Source: an uncultured virus (IMG/VR IMGVR_UViG_3300023110_001575) (taxonomy: Duplodnaviria > Heunggongvirae > Uroviricota > Caudoviricetes). Taken from it: a stretch of DNA of 64,000 nt. Shown one piece after another: positions 28,501-37,566 of the stretch. Below the pieces are notes generated by a model, which saw nothing but the letters and a program-made list of their open reading frames with translations, was not told the origin of the DNA and did no database searches. The stretch lies in IMG/VR virus record IMGVR_UViG_3300023110_001575, positions 1 through 64,000 of that record; one strand, written 5' to 3'. Position 1 is the stretch's first letter; each line of letters opens with the position of its first letter. Both the position numbers and the translations under genes were made by a program.

Positions 28501-31500
28501 CTAAACACAAGCCGTAATAATGGTTGGGTGCGTTTACAAGATGTTAAAGGTGCTGTTACAACTTATAAAGGACTGTTAGATCTTAACATAGCAACTACAT
28601 ATATTGGCGATAATATTTGGATACAAAACAAAAAGAATGAATGGGATGTTGTAACTCAAGTTAAAGAAACAAATAAAATTGTAGGTTATGATATTGAAGT
28701 TGAAGGAGCATATACTGATTCTAGAGGTAACACATTAAATGTATTAAAAATTGTGTTTGACAAATATGTTGATTTTACTAAAGGTGAAATTATTGGCATT
28801 TATGGCGGCTTGTCTACTATTACAGGATATTGGGAAATTTTAGAAGTAGGTATAGATTATGTTATAGTTGACACAGGAACATTGTCAGTAACTGAAACAC
28901 AAATTAACACATTCCCAGATAGTACAGAAAATGCAGTATCTAGATTTGTTACTAGAAGATTTACTGATATAGAAGAATTAAACGAAGAAGTTAAAGATTT
29001 ATTCCATGTAGAAAATGATAAAGTATGGATTGAAAAGGTTGATGGCAATTGGGGATTATACGAAAACGAAGGTATCTTTACTTTACAAAAAGAAGTTTAT
29101 AATCCATCGGGCGATCAAGACGGATTTGCAACTGCTTATGATGTAAATTCAAATAACACATACATTCCTATTGCAAGTTTAGGACACCCTGGAGAAGAAG
29201 GCATACTTAGACTTTTCTATCGTCCAAATGAACAATTAGAAATCAGCCTAAGACAAATAATGGAACCTGAATTAGTAAGCGATCCAGAAATTGGATTTGG
29301 CAGAACAGTTGCAATTTCAGATGATGCAACTTATATTGCTGTAGGTGCTCCTTACACAAGTAATGTAAAAACACTTTATATTGATGAATTACAACCTGAT
29401 GTAATTTATTATGAAGGAGATATTGTTAGAGATAGAGGTGTTTTATGGCAAGCAAACAAAGACATTGGACTATACTATGATAGCGTAGGTGATAGTTCTA
29501 CTATTACTATTAATGATGCTGATTGGGACGAAGTTAATCTAATTACAGGATTAGAACCATCGTTAGACATATTGAAAAACCGTTTAGTACCTAGTGTAGA
29601 ATTTACAGATCAAATGCTGAATGTTGCATTGTCTAACCCAACAGCACCAGCAGAGTTTGAAACTTGGGCACGTAGCATTGCAGACGATGGGTTTGCATTT
29701 GGTAACATTGACAAAAGCACTTCACCACCAACAATTAGAAGTGCAGATGTTTTGCAGTTTATAAAAATTAGAGCGGGTACTGCTGCACAAGACAACGTTG
29801 ACCGTTGGAAAGATATTATTTTACCTAGTTTATTAGAACAGTCTTGGTACAATGATACCTTTACTTTAGGTCATAGCGGTAGCGGTATTGAAAAACAAGG
29901 TACAGTTTATCTATACAAACAAGATGCTGATACAGGATTGTACGAAGTTGAACATATTATTTGCTCACCGTTTCCAAAGGCAAACGAACAATTTGGTACA
30001 AAGGTACAATTAAGGAAAGCAGCAAACGGTTCTCTTAAAATGTTTGTTGGTGCTCCTGGTGCAGACGGAACTGATGTTGGTAGAATTTACATGCTAGATA
30101 ACGAAGGCGGTGAATGGAAATATAGTGCTGACAGAAGTTATAAAGGTGTGTACAATGATCTATTCAAATACAATGAAAATGATTTAACGTTCTATAACGG
30201 TGCATTGTATAAAGCTGTAACTAACATTGCACCTGGTACAAGTTTACCTTCTGATGCTCCTAATTTATGGATTGAACAAACAGATGTAAACACAGAATAT
30301 ACAGGATACGTGCCTAGACAAAACTTTATTGCAAGTGAAAACGAAGGAGATGTTACTAACCAAAGTATTAACATTGGTAAAGTTTTTGATACAAACAAAT
30401 TAGGCGATGTACTGGCATTTAGTGCAAAATCTGGCAATGACGAACTTGTTAGTATCTATACTAATGTTTTTGCTAGATGGAGGCTAAGTCAAAGTATTGT
30501 AAATCAAGAAGGTATTGATTATAGTGTTGCTGTAAATGATACAGGAGATACAATAGGTATTGGAGCTCCATTATATAACACTGAAGAAATTACAGATGCA
30601 GGTAGTGTAAAATTATACACTCAAAACTCAACAGGCGATACTTGGGAATTAACTCAAACTCTTACAAGTCCATACAAAGAAAAAAACGAAGCATGGGGAC
30701 TTGCAATTGATTTTTCTGCAGATAAACTATTAGTTGTAGGCAAGAATACTGACACACGTACTACTACAACATTTGACAGATATGTTGAATATAAAAAGTA
30801 TGCAATAGGAAAAAATGAATTTAAAAATACAATTTACAGTAGATATGTAAATGATAACACAGGTACACAAAATACAGAAAAAACTACATTTGACGGCGGC
30901 AGGACTACCTTTGTAACAAAAGAAATTGATTCGGGAAGATTAGGTATCTACGAAAAGTTAGGTGATAAGTTTATATTTGGTGAAGATCTACCTTACTCAA
31001 GAAAAACAATAGCCAATGATTTAAGTAATATTAAATTACAAGACAACAATGTATATGTTGGATTACCTATGATTAATCCATCTGAATTTACAGATTCATC
31101 TCGTTTAGAAAATGAAGATTCTACTGCCGGTATGTTTGTAAACTTTAGAGCAGATAAGAATAAGAATAGTTGGAAAGTAATTACATCAGAAACTGGTCAA
31201 GTTGATCTAAATAAAATTGGTAGAGTATTTTTATACAGTCAAGCAACAAATGATATTATAACTAATTTAGATGTAATTGATCCTAGACAGGGAAAAATTG
31301 CAGGTGTTGCTGATCAAGAAATAAATTATAAAACACCTTATGATCCTGCAATTTATAGCAATGGTGGTGCAAAAGTTATTGTTGATCAAGCAGCAAATTG
31401 GTGTGAAGAACACGTAGGGGAAATTTGGTGGAATATTGATACAGTAAGTTGGTTTAATCCATACCAAGGTCCAATACAATATAGATCTGCAAATTGGCAC

Positions 31501-34500
31501 AAGCAAACACAAACAAGTCTTGTTACTGTGCTAGAATGGGTAGAAAGCACGGTTCCTCCACAAGAATATATTTCACTTGCTGACACTACACAAGGATATG
31601 CACAAGGTATAAGCGGCACACCTTACTATGATGCAAACACATATAGTGTAAAAAGCAAAGTTGATTCTGTAAGCGGTCAAGCAAAACTTTACTATTACTT
31701 CTGGGTACAAAATAAACAAACTATACCTAATATTCCTAATAGAGCATTAAGTGTATTTGAAATAGCAAAATTAATTGAAGATCCATCTAGATATGGATAT
31801 AGATACATTCAGTTACTTGATGACAATAAATTTAGTTTGCATAATGTAAAATCATTTATTAATGACAAAGACACTATTTTACACTTTACATTAATTGATG
31901 ATGCAGAGCAAAAAACACCAATTCATAATGAATATCAATTAATGAGTTCAGGGTTAGCAACAAGCAAACCAAACGATGAAATAGAATCTAAATGGATTGA
32001 TAGTTTAGTAGGTTATGATCTAAATAATGCAACAGTTCCTGATCCAAATCTATCTCCTAAAATGAAGTACGGCATATTAAACTATCCAAGACAGGGTATG
32101 TTTATCAACAGAATTGAAGCATTAAAACAAGTTGTTGAAAGAGTCAACACGGTATTTGCTAAAACACAAATTGTAGATAATTATGATATTAGTTTGCTAC
32201 AGCAAAATGATCCTGTACCAAATGTTTCTGAAAACCTATACGACACAACAGTTGAAACAACTGATTTATTAAGATTTGTGGGTACTGCAAAAGTACAAAC
32301 AGCTGAGTTTACACCAGTAATTGAAAACAGTAAAATTGTTTCAGTTACAATTACTAATCCGGGACGTGGATATGTTTATCCGCCTACTGTTAGAATAGAA
32401 GATACCTATGGCAAGGGTGCTGTTATCAATACCACAATAAACAACTTAGGACAAGTTACAGGAGCAACTGTAAGAAAGCAAGGTAAAAATTACAGTAATG
32501 CAACAACAATAACTGCAAGACCATTTAGTGTTCTTGTAAATTCTGATAGTGATATTGGAGGTAGATGGGCAATCTATACATATGATGCAACATCAAGTGA
32601 ATGGGATAGATTAAGGTCTCAGTCATATGTAACTACAGGTTATTGGAATTATGCTGATTGGTATGCAACAGGATATAATTCACAAACACCAATTGATCAA
32701 ACAGTTGATTTGGCATATGAATTATTTAGACTAGAAAACAATATTGGCGACATTGTAAAAATTAAAGAAGTTGGCACAGGCGGCTGGCTATTGTTGAAAA
32801 AAATTGATGACCAGTTAATTGAGGATTACACAATTAATTACGAAACTATTGGTCGCCAAAACGGCACTATTAAATTAAGTAACAAACTTTATAATTTCTT
32901 AGAAGCTGCTGGCGGTTTTGATACTGAAATATACGATACATCATTCTATGATAGAGAACCTATCCAAGAACTTAGAAATATTTTAAGTGCATTAAAAAAT
33001 GACATCTATATAAATGATTTAGCAGTAGAGTGGAATAACTTATTCTTTGCAAGTTTAAAATATGCAATGAGCGAACAAACTGACTTAGACTGGGCGTTTA
33101 AATCTAGTTTCATTAGAGTAAAACACGTACTTGGCGATTTTGAACAAAAATTGTCTTACCAAAATGACAACTTAGAAAATTATGAAGACTACGTAAAAGA
33201 AGTTAAGCCATATCATAGTAAGATAAGAGAGTACATTAGTTCTTATGATCATGTTGAACCTACAAACAGTTTAACAACTGACTTTGATGTACCTCCTAGT
33301 TATAGTACTTCAAAAGAAATCGAAACAATTGCTGCAAAATATGATAATGGTAATGTTACAGATATTATTGAAAAGTATCAGCAATATCCTTACAAAAGTT
33401 GGGTAGACAATAACGGATATGACATCATTCAAATAGAAGTTACTAACGGAGGATCAAACTATAAAGAAACTCCTCCTGTGACTATTTTAGGAGATAGCGG
33501 AGCAACAGCAAAAGCATATTTGTCTAAAGGTAGTGTTAGCAAAATTGAAATTGTCAATATAGGTAGTAAAGTTTATGAAGCACCATTAGTAGTAATTGAC
33601 GAACCAAGTCCTGGAGGAATACAGGCTAAAGCAACTGCTATTATTGGAAACCCATTAGTGCGTTCTACACACATGGTAATGAAGTTTGATAGAACAACAG
33701 GCACATACTTGATGACAAATGTAGACGAATCTGAAACGTTTACTGGCACAGGTTCTACTACTAAGTTTTCTTTAAAATGGCCAATTAATAGAAATACAAA
33801 TACGTATGAAGTAACTGTAGATGGATTACCAATTTTAAAAGGTGAATATTCTGTAGACAATGAAAACGACACATCAAAAGGTTATGACAGAGAATTAGGG
33901 TATATTACATTTGAAGAAGCACCTGCGACAGGAGCAACAATTGTAATTACATATAAGCGTAATCTAAACATGCTTACAGCAGCAGATAGAATTTATCATG
34001 CTTATAACCCAACCGCAGGCATGCCTGGCAAGGACCTATCACAACTAATGGACGGTGTTGATTATGATGGCGCTGTATATGATGGTATTAGTTTTGGTAC
34101 TGAACAAGGTTTTGATATCGGCGGTTTTGCAGAATACAGATTTGATACCATTGCAAATACAACAGATGATGAAATTTTTGTTTTAGATGGTAGCACAACA
34201 ACATTTACACTAAGCACTCCGTTAGAAGACGGTGTGCAATACAACGTATATTGGAAGTCGATAAATGCAAAATTAAATGATGATCCAATAAGACTAGATG
34301 ATCCTGACTATGATGGAATAACAGTATTAGATAACAAATATGCACTAATGTTGCCATTATCAGGTGATGGTGTTACTGATACTGTAAATATCGATTGGAC
34401 AAAATGGAAAACTGTAGAAGACAGAGATTTTCTTGTTGCAGGTGACACAGTAATAATTAGAAAATCAACAAGTGACGGAAGTTTTGAACTTGCAGGAAGC

Positions 34501-36933
34501 ACATATGACGTTGATTTATCAGGTGGTGATATTGACTATGGAGATGCACTGGGCGTAAGTCCTAGCGATATTGTTGTAGATGGTGATGGATTTGTAACTC
34601 CAACAACTTCAAAAGGACCTGAGGAACTTGTACCAGGACAATTATTAGATACACTAGACATTTCAGTATATCATAGAACAACAGACGGTACAGGAATGAT
34701 TGGTTCAATAAATTATATTATTGATGAATCAACTTCAGTTTATGTGTTGCCTAGTGTTCCACATAGCAATGATGCTATTATTGTAAAACTAGATAATGAA
34801 ACTATTGATAATGATAGATATGAAGTTGACTGGGATACACAAACACTTACATTTACTGATAGCACAGTGCCTTACGGAACACATTTAAACATTACAACCA
34901 TTGGTACAAATGGTGCAGAAATGCTTGATACTGATTATGTAAAATTTGATGGCAGTACATATTCATACATTACAGCAGCAAAATGGTCAGATGCATTAAC
35001 AGCATTTGTAACAATTAATGGCGTTGTTCAACAGCAAGGCGTAAACTTTACTGTAGAACGTAGCACTTCATCAGATGTATTTGAAAATAGAGTAAAACTT
35101 ACATTTGAAGATGGAACAATGCAACCAGATGATTATATTCAATGGAGCATTTATGCAAGTAATCTAAAAACATATAGTCAAGTGTTAATCGATAACACAT
35201 TTGAACCAGATGGACAAAATGATTATTATCAGTTTACAACAACTGAATTTCCTATTCCTTTCAATAGAAAGCCATTAGGACATCAAATATTAGTATTCCA
35301 AAACAAAAGATTGTTACAACCAGGATATAGTATCAAACATACTGCAACAAATTCAGTAACCTATGAAATAGAAAAATGGCAGTTCAATGATCCTACACTA
35401 ATTGAAAGTGAAAACATTTTAGTTTTTGTTAATGATAGACAACTTACAAAAAATGAATTTACTTATGATACAGTAAATGCTAGAGTGTTCTTAAGTAGAA
35501 GAGATATCTTTGAAGAAGGTGATACTATTGGTATCTATGTTATTCAGTATGCAGATTACTATTTTGTTGATACAAAACTTACATGTGTACTAGATGATAG
35601 TACTGCACCTGCGTTAGACACATACTTAGAAGTAGGTAATGAACTTGTTATAGAATCAATTGGTGATAGCACAACTTATACAAGTACAATTGTTGCAGTA
35701 GAGGAAAACACTGTAACAATTAGAAGCAAACGTGATGATATATTTGCAAGTTGGGTTGCAGGTAATGATTTTGTAATTAGTGTAAATGATGGCGATAGTA
35801 CACCATTGCAAATGAGTGATATCGAATACGTTTCAAGCGATTCAATGACATTTGCAACAGCACCTAGCAGCGGTGCTAACATCGAAGTTTACCAATTTAG
35901 TAATCATGATATTAATAATTTTGAAAGACAGCAATACGATGTATTAGCAACAACAACTGTAAGTGCAGGTACAGATGCGTACTTCAAACGCAACCTACTA
36001 TCACAAGGGTTTGTTAATTTAAGAAGTAATATTCAAAACGTACAATATGTTTGGGTTGCAAAAAATGGCGAACTACTAAGTCCAAACGCAGATTATACGT
36101 TAAATGCAAAATACAATGCAGTAAGTTTGAATTTGCCTGTTTTAGATGGCGATAGAATTGATGTGTTAGAATTTGGTAATGATCCAGCAACACCTAGATT
36201 TGGATATAGAATATTTAGAGATATTCTAGGTAGAACACATTACAAACGATTAAATGAAGAAAATGCGTTCTCACTTAAAGATCCTTTGAACTATTACGAT
36301 ACACGTATTGTACTCGAAGGCGGCGCAGATAATTTATATAGACCATCCAAAGGATCGACACTACCTGGAGTAGTATGGATTGACGGCGAACGTATTGAAT
36401 ATTATGATATTAAGGGAACTACATTGTTGCAATTACGTAGAGGTACGTTAGGTACTGGTGTAATTGAGTATTGTGCAGCAGGTACAAGAGTGTTAGGTCA
36501 AGGCCCTAATGAAACTATTGAGTATTCAGATACAACATATGAACAAGAAATTATTGCAGACGGTAGTTCTAGTGCAACTGAATATACACTAAACTTTACA
36601 CCGTCATCAGTTAATGAAATTGATGTATTCTTAGGAGGCAAGCGTTTGCGTAAAACAGGTATGCAAATGTTTAATTGGCAAACTAATCAAGACAGCACAG
36701 AAGCAGACTATACTCTTGATGCAGAGTATAGAGTAAGCGGTTCAAATATATACATTGAACCAAGAAATCCTTTAACAAATGACATTATTCCACCGTCGGA
36801 CTTTGAAGGACAAAAAATTAAAATCGTTAGAAAAACAGGAAAAGTATGGAATGATACAGGTAAATCGTTGGCAAATAGCGATAATAAAATTGCAAAATTT
36901 ATTAGAGCAGCCACAATCCGTTTGCCTAAATAA
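22513..36933 (+). CDS. Giant (4806 aa) multidomain baseplate/receptor-binding structural protein (gp7-like position)
   Basis: Directly after gp6. Contains FG-GAP-like propeller repeats (FGRTVAIS..IAVGAP, MFVGAPG, IGIGAPLY), short W...Y..G..V.Y CBM-like modules, ITNPGRGY/VTNGGSNY repeats, a KPYHSKIRE wedge-like motif and RRGTLGT near the C-terminus. Confidence 0.7.
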   Translation: MAYDKEQNESGLPTDNNENPKAIDFLPKYFRTDVNKKLLSSTIQQMINPGAVEKINAFAGRRNSKVNQVSDVYLPDVTPDRENYQFEPSIVYKDELDNVLFYKNYPDFIGQIKNFKGPTENHNSLNSQEMYSWNPHIDWDKFANFREYYWLPLGPLPIPVFGEQKEIESTIVVSTVVDDDNTAFLFSSRGATRNPTLRLFKGQTYVFEINTPGHPFTIGITRDFTDTDLGFSVEQEISSEIYDKDMLKYVYDEEGRLVLTEDDYIEEGVIKWTIPDDVPDSLYYLSQNDINTSGIILSFAIEENTEIDLAENVIGKKTYKTGTGVQLSNGMKVYFQGTVTPQEYSEGFFYIEGVGTSIKLIPENDLEVPSIFTSDVEIAWDEYGFDEVPYEDAASFPGTKDYITVNRSSHDRNPWSRYNRWFHKDVIEKSYEVNNTEINLDQNFRAKRPIIEFNAGLKLFNHGTFAKKNVNLVDNFTKDAFSNVEGSLGYNIDGVDLTDGMRVLFTADPDSFVNGKIYEVNFITHNSRRQISLVETTDTMPLENETVLALEGESLGGKMFWYNGTQWIQSQEKTGVNQAPLFDVFDHDGTILNDEITYPASDFIGNKIFSYKEGTGSDDTELGFPLKYRNISNIGDIVFSFDLQNQTVRYQNELRETLTTQTDTGFLKKFSDISTFDYVNGWTKTNILSRQAVIQQQLTVDDEVNNFPITVFNKSGTLSDLVVKAYVDGKKVLDSKFTIDNINNIATVIFQEDLEVGKTLVFRCFSNTPKNENGYYEIPVNLEKNPLNDNLVDFTLGEVNDHVESIIEEVQGFDGIYPGVSNLRDLGNVTHYGKRFVQHSGPFNLAAFHITDKEANIVKAINFVRSEYGKTKRRLIALANESGIEGTAKDQLDAVLERFSKETVSYRNFYYGDMVGKKANTSTTHNIDNSEETYFAIGLTNFDINKLSNQAVYVYLNGVQLLKDRDYTISDNFVNITATLAKGDVVRVDEFENTNGCYIPPTPTKLGLFPLYYPEIQKDHTVRPAVKTFVTPRAQTRFVLENVNKIIEATDLIVQVGDVKAYANVDYNIEKVRNGLFYVDFVEPVAANENVIIGFPQVVIQGHDGSLTKAWNDFRDDFLLEYEYRVYNNIKLKYDASVLDVNNFIPTFDRDTKFTKEQIDNSILGDFTSWLEDAGNLTYTENNFYDARDGFTYNYSFMSNTDGEPLKGFWRSVYKTYYGTDRPNTHPWEMVGLTIKPTWWDEQYGLAPYTSDNILLWTDMAEGIVRTPGTVPQKNKMYKHSKLLNAIPVDSNGKLVDPYNAGLAQNYKFDTASNNFVFGDEAPVETAWRRSSEFPFALLKAWMLNQSAQIFGLAFDRSRIKKNLSNQYVYTETNKAIRCEDLVFPSITSDEDITLTSGLVNFVASYMSSKYSSNYNNYKQRLKGLKNQLSIRVGGFASKEKLKLVLDARSPLNKSSNFVPEENYQIFLNTSSPLETFVFSGMIIEKTADNTYILKGYDGDNPTFPFYRPLETNSDTSITVGGISADYVVWTEDQQYTIGTIVEYQNNWYRTTTTHKSAETFDATKFAKLPTLPVTGGISAKIRKRYETTVSYISYGTILESVQEVVDFMQGYEKFLKQQGFRLDYYNRETDSLEDMTLCIQEFMFWVTQNWEAGTILTTSPCANRCIFTAPYYVVDDIFDDFYGYNLLSGNGEKLGRDLSNIYRDDTNTFGITPSNTNEGIYLIKLPLVQTEHVILLDNATVFNDVIYDVAPGYRQERIKLVGYRTDNWEGGLNIPGFFYDNVKVDFWKTYEDYAVGDVVKFKEFFYSANVKHNSGEVFVSANWNRLSEEPKAELYPNFDYRVNQFTDFYDLDTDNFDTEQQRLGQHLIGYQKREYLSNIIPDSVSQYKFYQGFIQEKGTKNSLTKLFDALSTSGEESLKFFEEWAIRVGSYGALDNKQDLEFKLNESNYKLEPQLFELTNNKTDDADLIYKIADYEVYEKPEDYANAPFVMSTAKLNTSRNNGWVRLQDVKGAVTTYKGLLDLNIATTYIGDNIWIQNKKNEWDVVTQVKETNKIVGYDIEVEGAYTDSRGNTLNVLKIVFDKYVDFTKGEIIGIYGGLSTITGYWEILEVGIDYVIVDTGTLSVTETQINTFPDSTENAVSRFVTRRFTDIEELNEEVKDLFHVENDKVWIEKVDGNWGLYENEGIFTLQKEVYNPSGDQDGFATAYDVNSNNTYIPIASLGHPGEEGILRLFYRPNEQLEISLRQIMEPELVSDPEIGFGRTVAISDDATYIAVGAPYTSNVKTLYIDELQPDVIYYEGDIVRDRGVLWQANKDIGLYYDSVGDSSTITINDADWDEVNLITGLEPSLDILKNRLVPSVEFTDQMLNVALSNPTAPAEFETWARSIADDGFAFGNIDKSTSPPTIRSADVLQFIKIRAGTAAQDNVDRWKDIILPSLLEQSWYNDTFTLGHSGSGIEKQGTVYLYKQDADTGLYEVEHIICSPFPKANEQFGTKVQLRKAANGSLKMFVGAPGADGTDVGRIYMLDNEGGEWKYSADRSYKGVYNDLFKYNENDLTFYNGALYKAVTNIAPGTSLPSDAPNLWIEQTDVNTEYTGYVPRQNFIASENEGDVTNQSINIGKVFDTNKLGDVLAFSAKSGNDELVSIYTNVFARWRLSQSIVNQEGIDYSVAVNDTGDTIGIGAPLYNTEEITDAGSVKLYTQNSTGDTWELTQTLTSPYKEKNEAWGLAIDFSADKLLVVGKNTDTRTTTTFDRYVEYKKYAIGKNEFKNTIYSRYVNDNTGTQNTEKTTFDGGRTTFVTKEIDSGRLGIYEKLGDKFIFGEDLPYSRKTIANDLSNIKLQDNNVYVGLPMINPSEFTDSSRLENEDSTAGMFVNFRADKNKNSWKVITSETGQVDLNKIGRVFLYSQATNDIITNLDVIDPRQGKIAGVADQEINYKTPYDPAIYSNGGAKVIVDQAANWCEEHVGEIWWNIDTVSWFNPYQGPIQYRSANWHKQTQTSLVTVLEWVESTVPPQEYISLADTTQGYAQGISGTPYYDANTYSVKSKVDSVSGQAKLYYYFWVQNKQTIPNIPNRALSVFEIAKLIEDPSRYGYRYIQLLDDNKFSLHNVKSFINDKDTILHFTLIDDAEQKTPIHNEYQLMSSGLATSKPNDEIESKWIDSLVGYDLNNATVPDPNLSPKMKYGILNYPRQGMFINRIEALKQVVERVNTVFAKTQIVDNYDISLLQQNDPVPNVSENLYDTTVETTDLLRFVGTAKVQTAEFTPVIENSKIVSVTITNPGRGYVYPPTVRIEDTYGKGAVINTTINNLGQVTGATVRKQGKNYSNATTITARPFSVLVNSDSDIGGRWAIYTYDATSSEWDRLRSQSYVTTGYWNYADWYATGYNSQTPIDQTVDLAYELFRLENNIGDIVKIKEVGTGGWLLLKKIDDQLIEDYTINYETIGRQNGTIKLSNKLYNFLEAAGGFDTEIYDTSFYDREPIQELRNILSALKNDIYINDLAVEWNNLFFASLKYAMSEQTDLDWAFKSSFIRVKHVLGDFEQKLSYQNDNLENYEDYVKEVKPYHSKIREYISSYDHVEPTNSLTTDFDVPPSYSTSKEIETIAAKYDNGNVTDIIEKYQQYPYKSWVDNNGYDIIQIEVTNGGSNYKETPPVTILGDSGATAKAYLSKGSVSKIEIVNIGSKVYEAPLVVIDEPSPGGIQAKATAIIGNPLVRSTHMVMKFDRTTGTYLMTNVDESETFTGTGSTTKFSLKWPINRNTNTYEVTVDGLPILKGEYSVDNENDTSKGYDRELGYITFEEAPATGATIVITYKRNLNMLTAADRIYHAYNPTAGMPGKDLSQLMDGVDYDGAVYDGISFGTEQGFDIGGFAEYRFDTIANTTDDEIFVLDGSTTTFTLSTPLEDGVQYNVYWKSINAKLNDDPIRLDDPDYDGITVLDNKYALMLPLSGDGVTDTVNIDWTKWKTVEDRDFLVAGDTVIIRKSTSDGSFELAGSTYDVDLSGGDIDYGDALGVSPSDIVVDGDGFVTPTTSKGPEELVPGQLLDTLDISVYHRTTDGTGMIGSINYIIDESTSVYVLPSVPHSNDAIIVKLDNETIDNDRYEVDWDTQTLTFTDSTVPYGTHLNITTIGTNGAEMLDTDYVKFDGSTYSYITAAKWSDALTAFVTINGVVQQQGVNFTVERSTSSDVFENRVKLTFEDGTMQPDDYIQWSIYASNLKTYSQVLIDNTFEPDGQNDYYQFTTTEFPIPFNRKPLGHQILVFQNKRLLQPGYSIKHTATNSVTYEIEKWQFNDPTLIESENILVFVNDRQLTKNEFTYDTVNARVFLSRRDIFEEGDTIGIYVIQYADYYFVDTKLTCVLDDSTAPALDTYLEVGNELVIESIGDSTTYTSTIVAVEENTVTIRSKRDDIFASWVAGNDFVISVNDGDSTPLQMSDIEYVSSDSMTFATAPSSGANIEVYQFSNHDINNFERQQYDVLATTTVSAGTDAYFKRNLLSQGFVNLRSNIQNVQYVWVAKNGELLSPNADYTLNAKYNAVSLNLPVLDGDRIDVLEFGNDPATPRFGYRIFRDILGRTHYKRLNEENAFSLKDPLNYYDTRIVLEGGADNLYRPSKGSTLPGVVWIDGERIEYYDIKGTTLLQLRRGTLGTGVIEYCAAGTRVLGQGPNETIEYSDTTYEQEIIADGSSSATEYTLNFTPSSVNEIDVFLGGKRLRKTGMQMFNWQTNQDSTEADYTLDAEYRVSGSNIYIEPRNPLTNDIIPPSDFEGQKIKIVRKTGKVWNDTGKSLANSDNKIAKFIRAATIRLPK

Positions 36934-36950
36934 ATACAGTATAGGTGATT

Positions 36951-37565
36951 ATGATGAATGAAATAAATGAATTAAACGGCATACATGTAGAAGGTCATAT
37001 TAAGATTTTTGACCCTAAAACTGATGAAGTTTTTATAAACCAACGTAATGCTATTCATTACGAAAATATGAGTATTGCATTGGCAGAAAGTTTGTCTAAT
37101 GCAGGACAAGGGTTCATAAATGAAATGGTATTTGGCAATGGCGGAACAAGTGTTGATCCAACAGGGATTATTACATATTTGACTCCTAACACAACAGGAA
37201 CAAATGCAAGTCTTTACAACCAAACCTATACTAAAGTTGTAGATGATCAAAATGTAAACAACACAGATGCCAGCAGAAACAAAACAGAAATTAGACATGT
37301 AAGTGGAACTAATTATACTGATATTTTAGTAAGTTGTTTATTAGATTACGGCGAACCAGAAGGACAAGATGCTTTCGATACTGCTAATGATACAGAACAA
37401 CTATATGTGTTTGACGAACTAGGCTTGCGTAGTTATGCAAGTTCTGGCACAGGTCGTTTAATCACACACGTAATTTTCCATCCTGTACAAAAATCTTTGA
37501 ACAGACTAATTCAAATTGATTATACTGTAAGGGTACAAAGTTTAAGCGGATTCAACGAGGTGTAA
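36951..37565 (+). CDS. Baseplate/fibre-attachment structural protein
   Basis: About 204 aa with EGHIKIFD..., FDELGL, LITHVIFHPVQKSLNRLIQIDYTVR. TAAATA at 36931 and AGGTG RBS. Lies in the structural block. Confidence 0.6.
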   Translation: MMNEINELNGIHVEGHIKIFDPKTDEVFINQRNAIHYENMSIALAESLSNAGQGFINEMVFGNGGTSVDPTGIITYLTPNTTGTNASLYNQTYTKVVDDQNVNNTDASRNKTEIRHVSGTNYTDILVSCLLDYGEPEGQDAFDTANDTEQLYVFDELGLRSYASSGTGRLITHVIFHPVQKSLNRLIQIDYTVRVQSLSGFNEV

Positions 37566-37566
37566 C

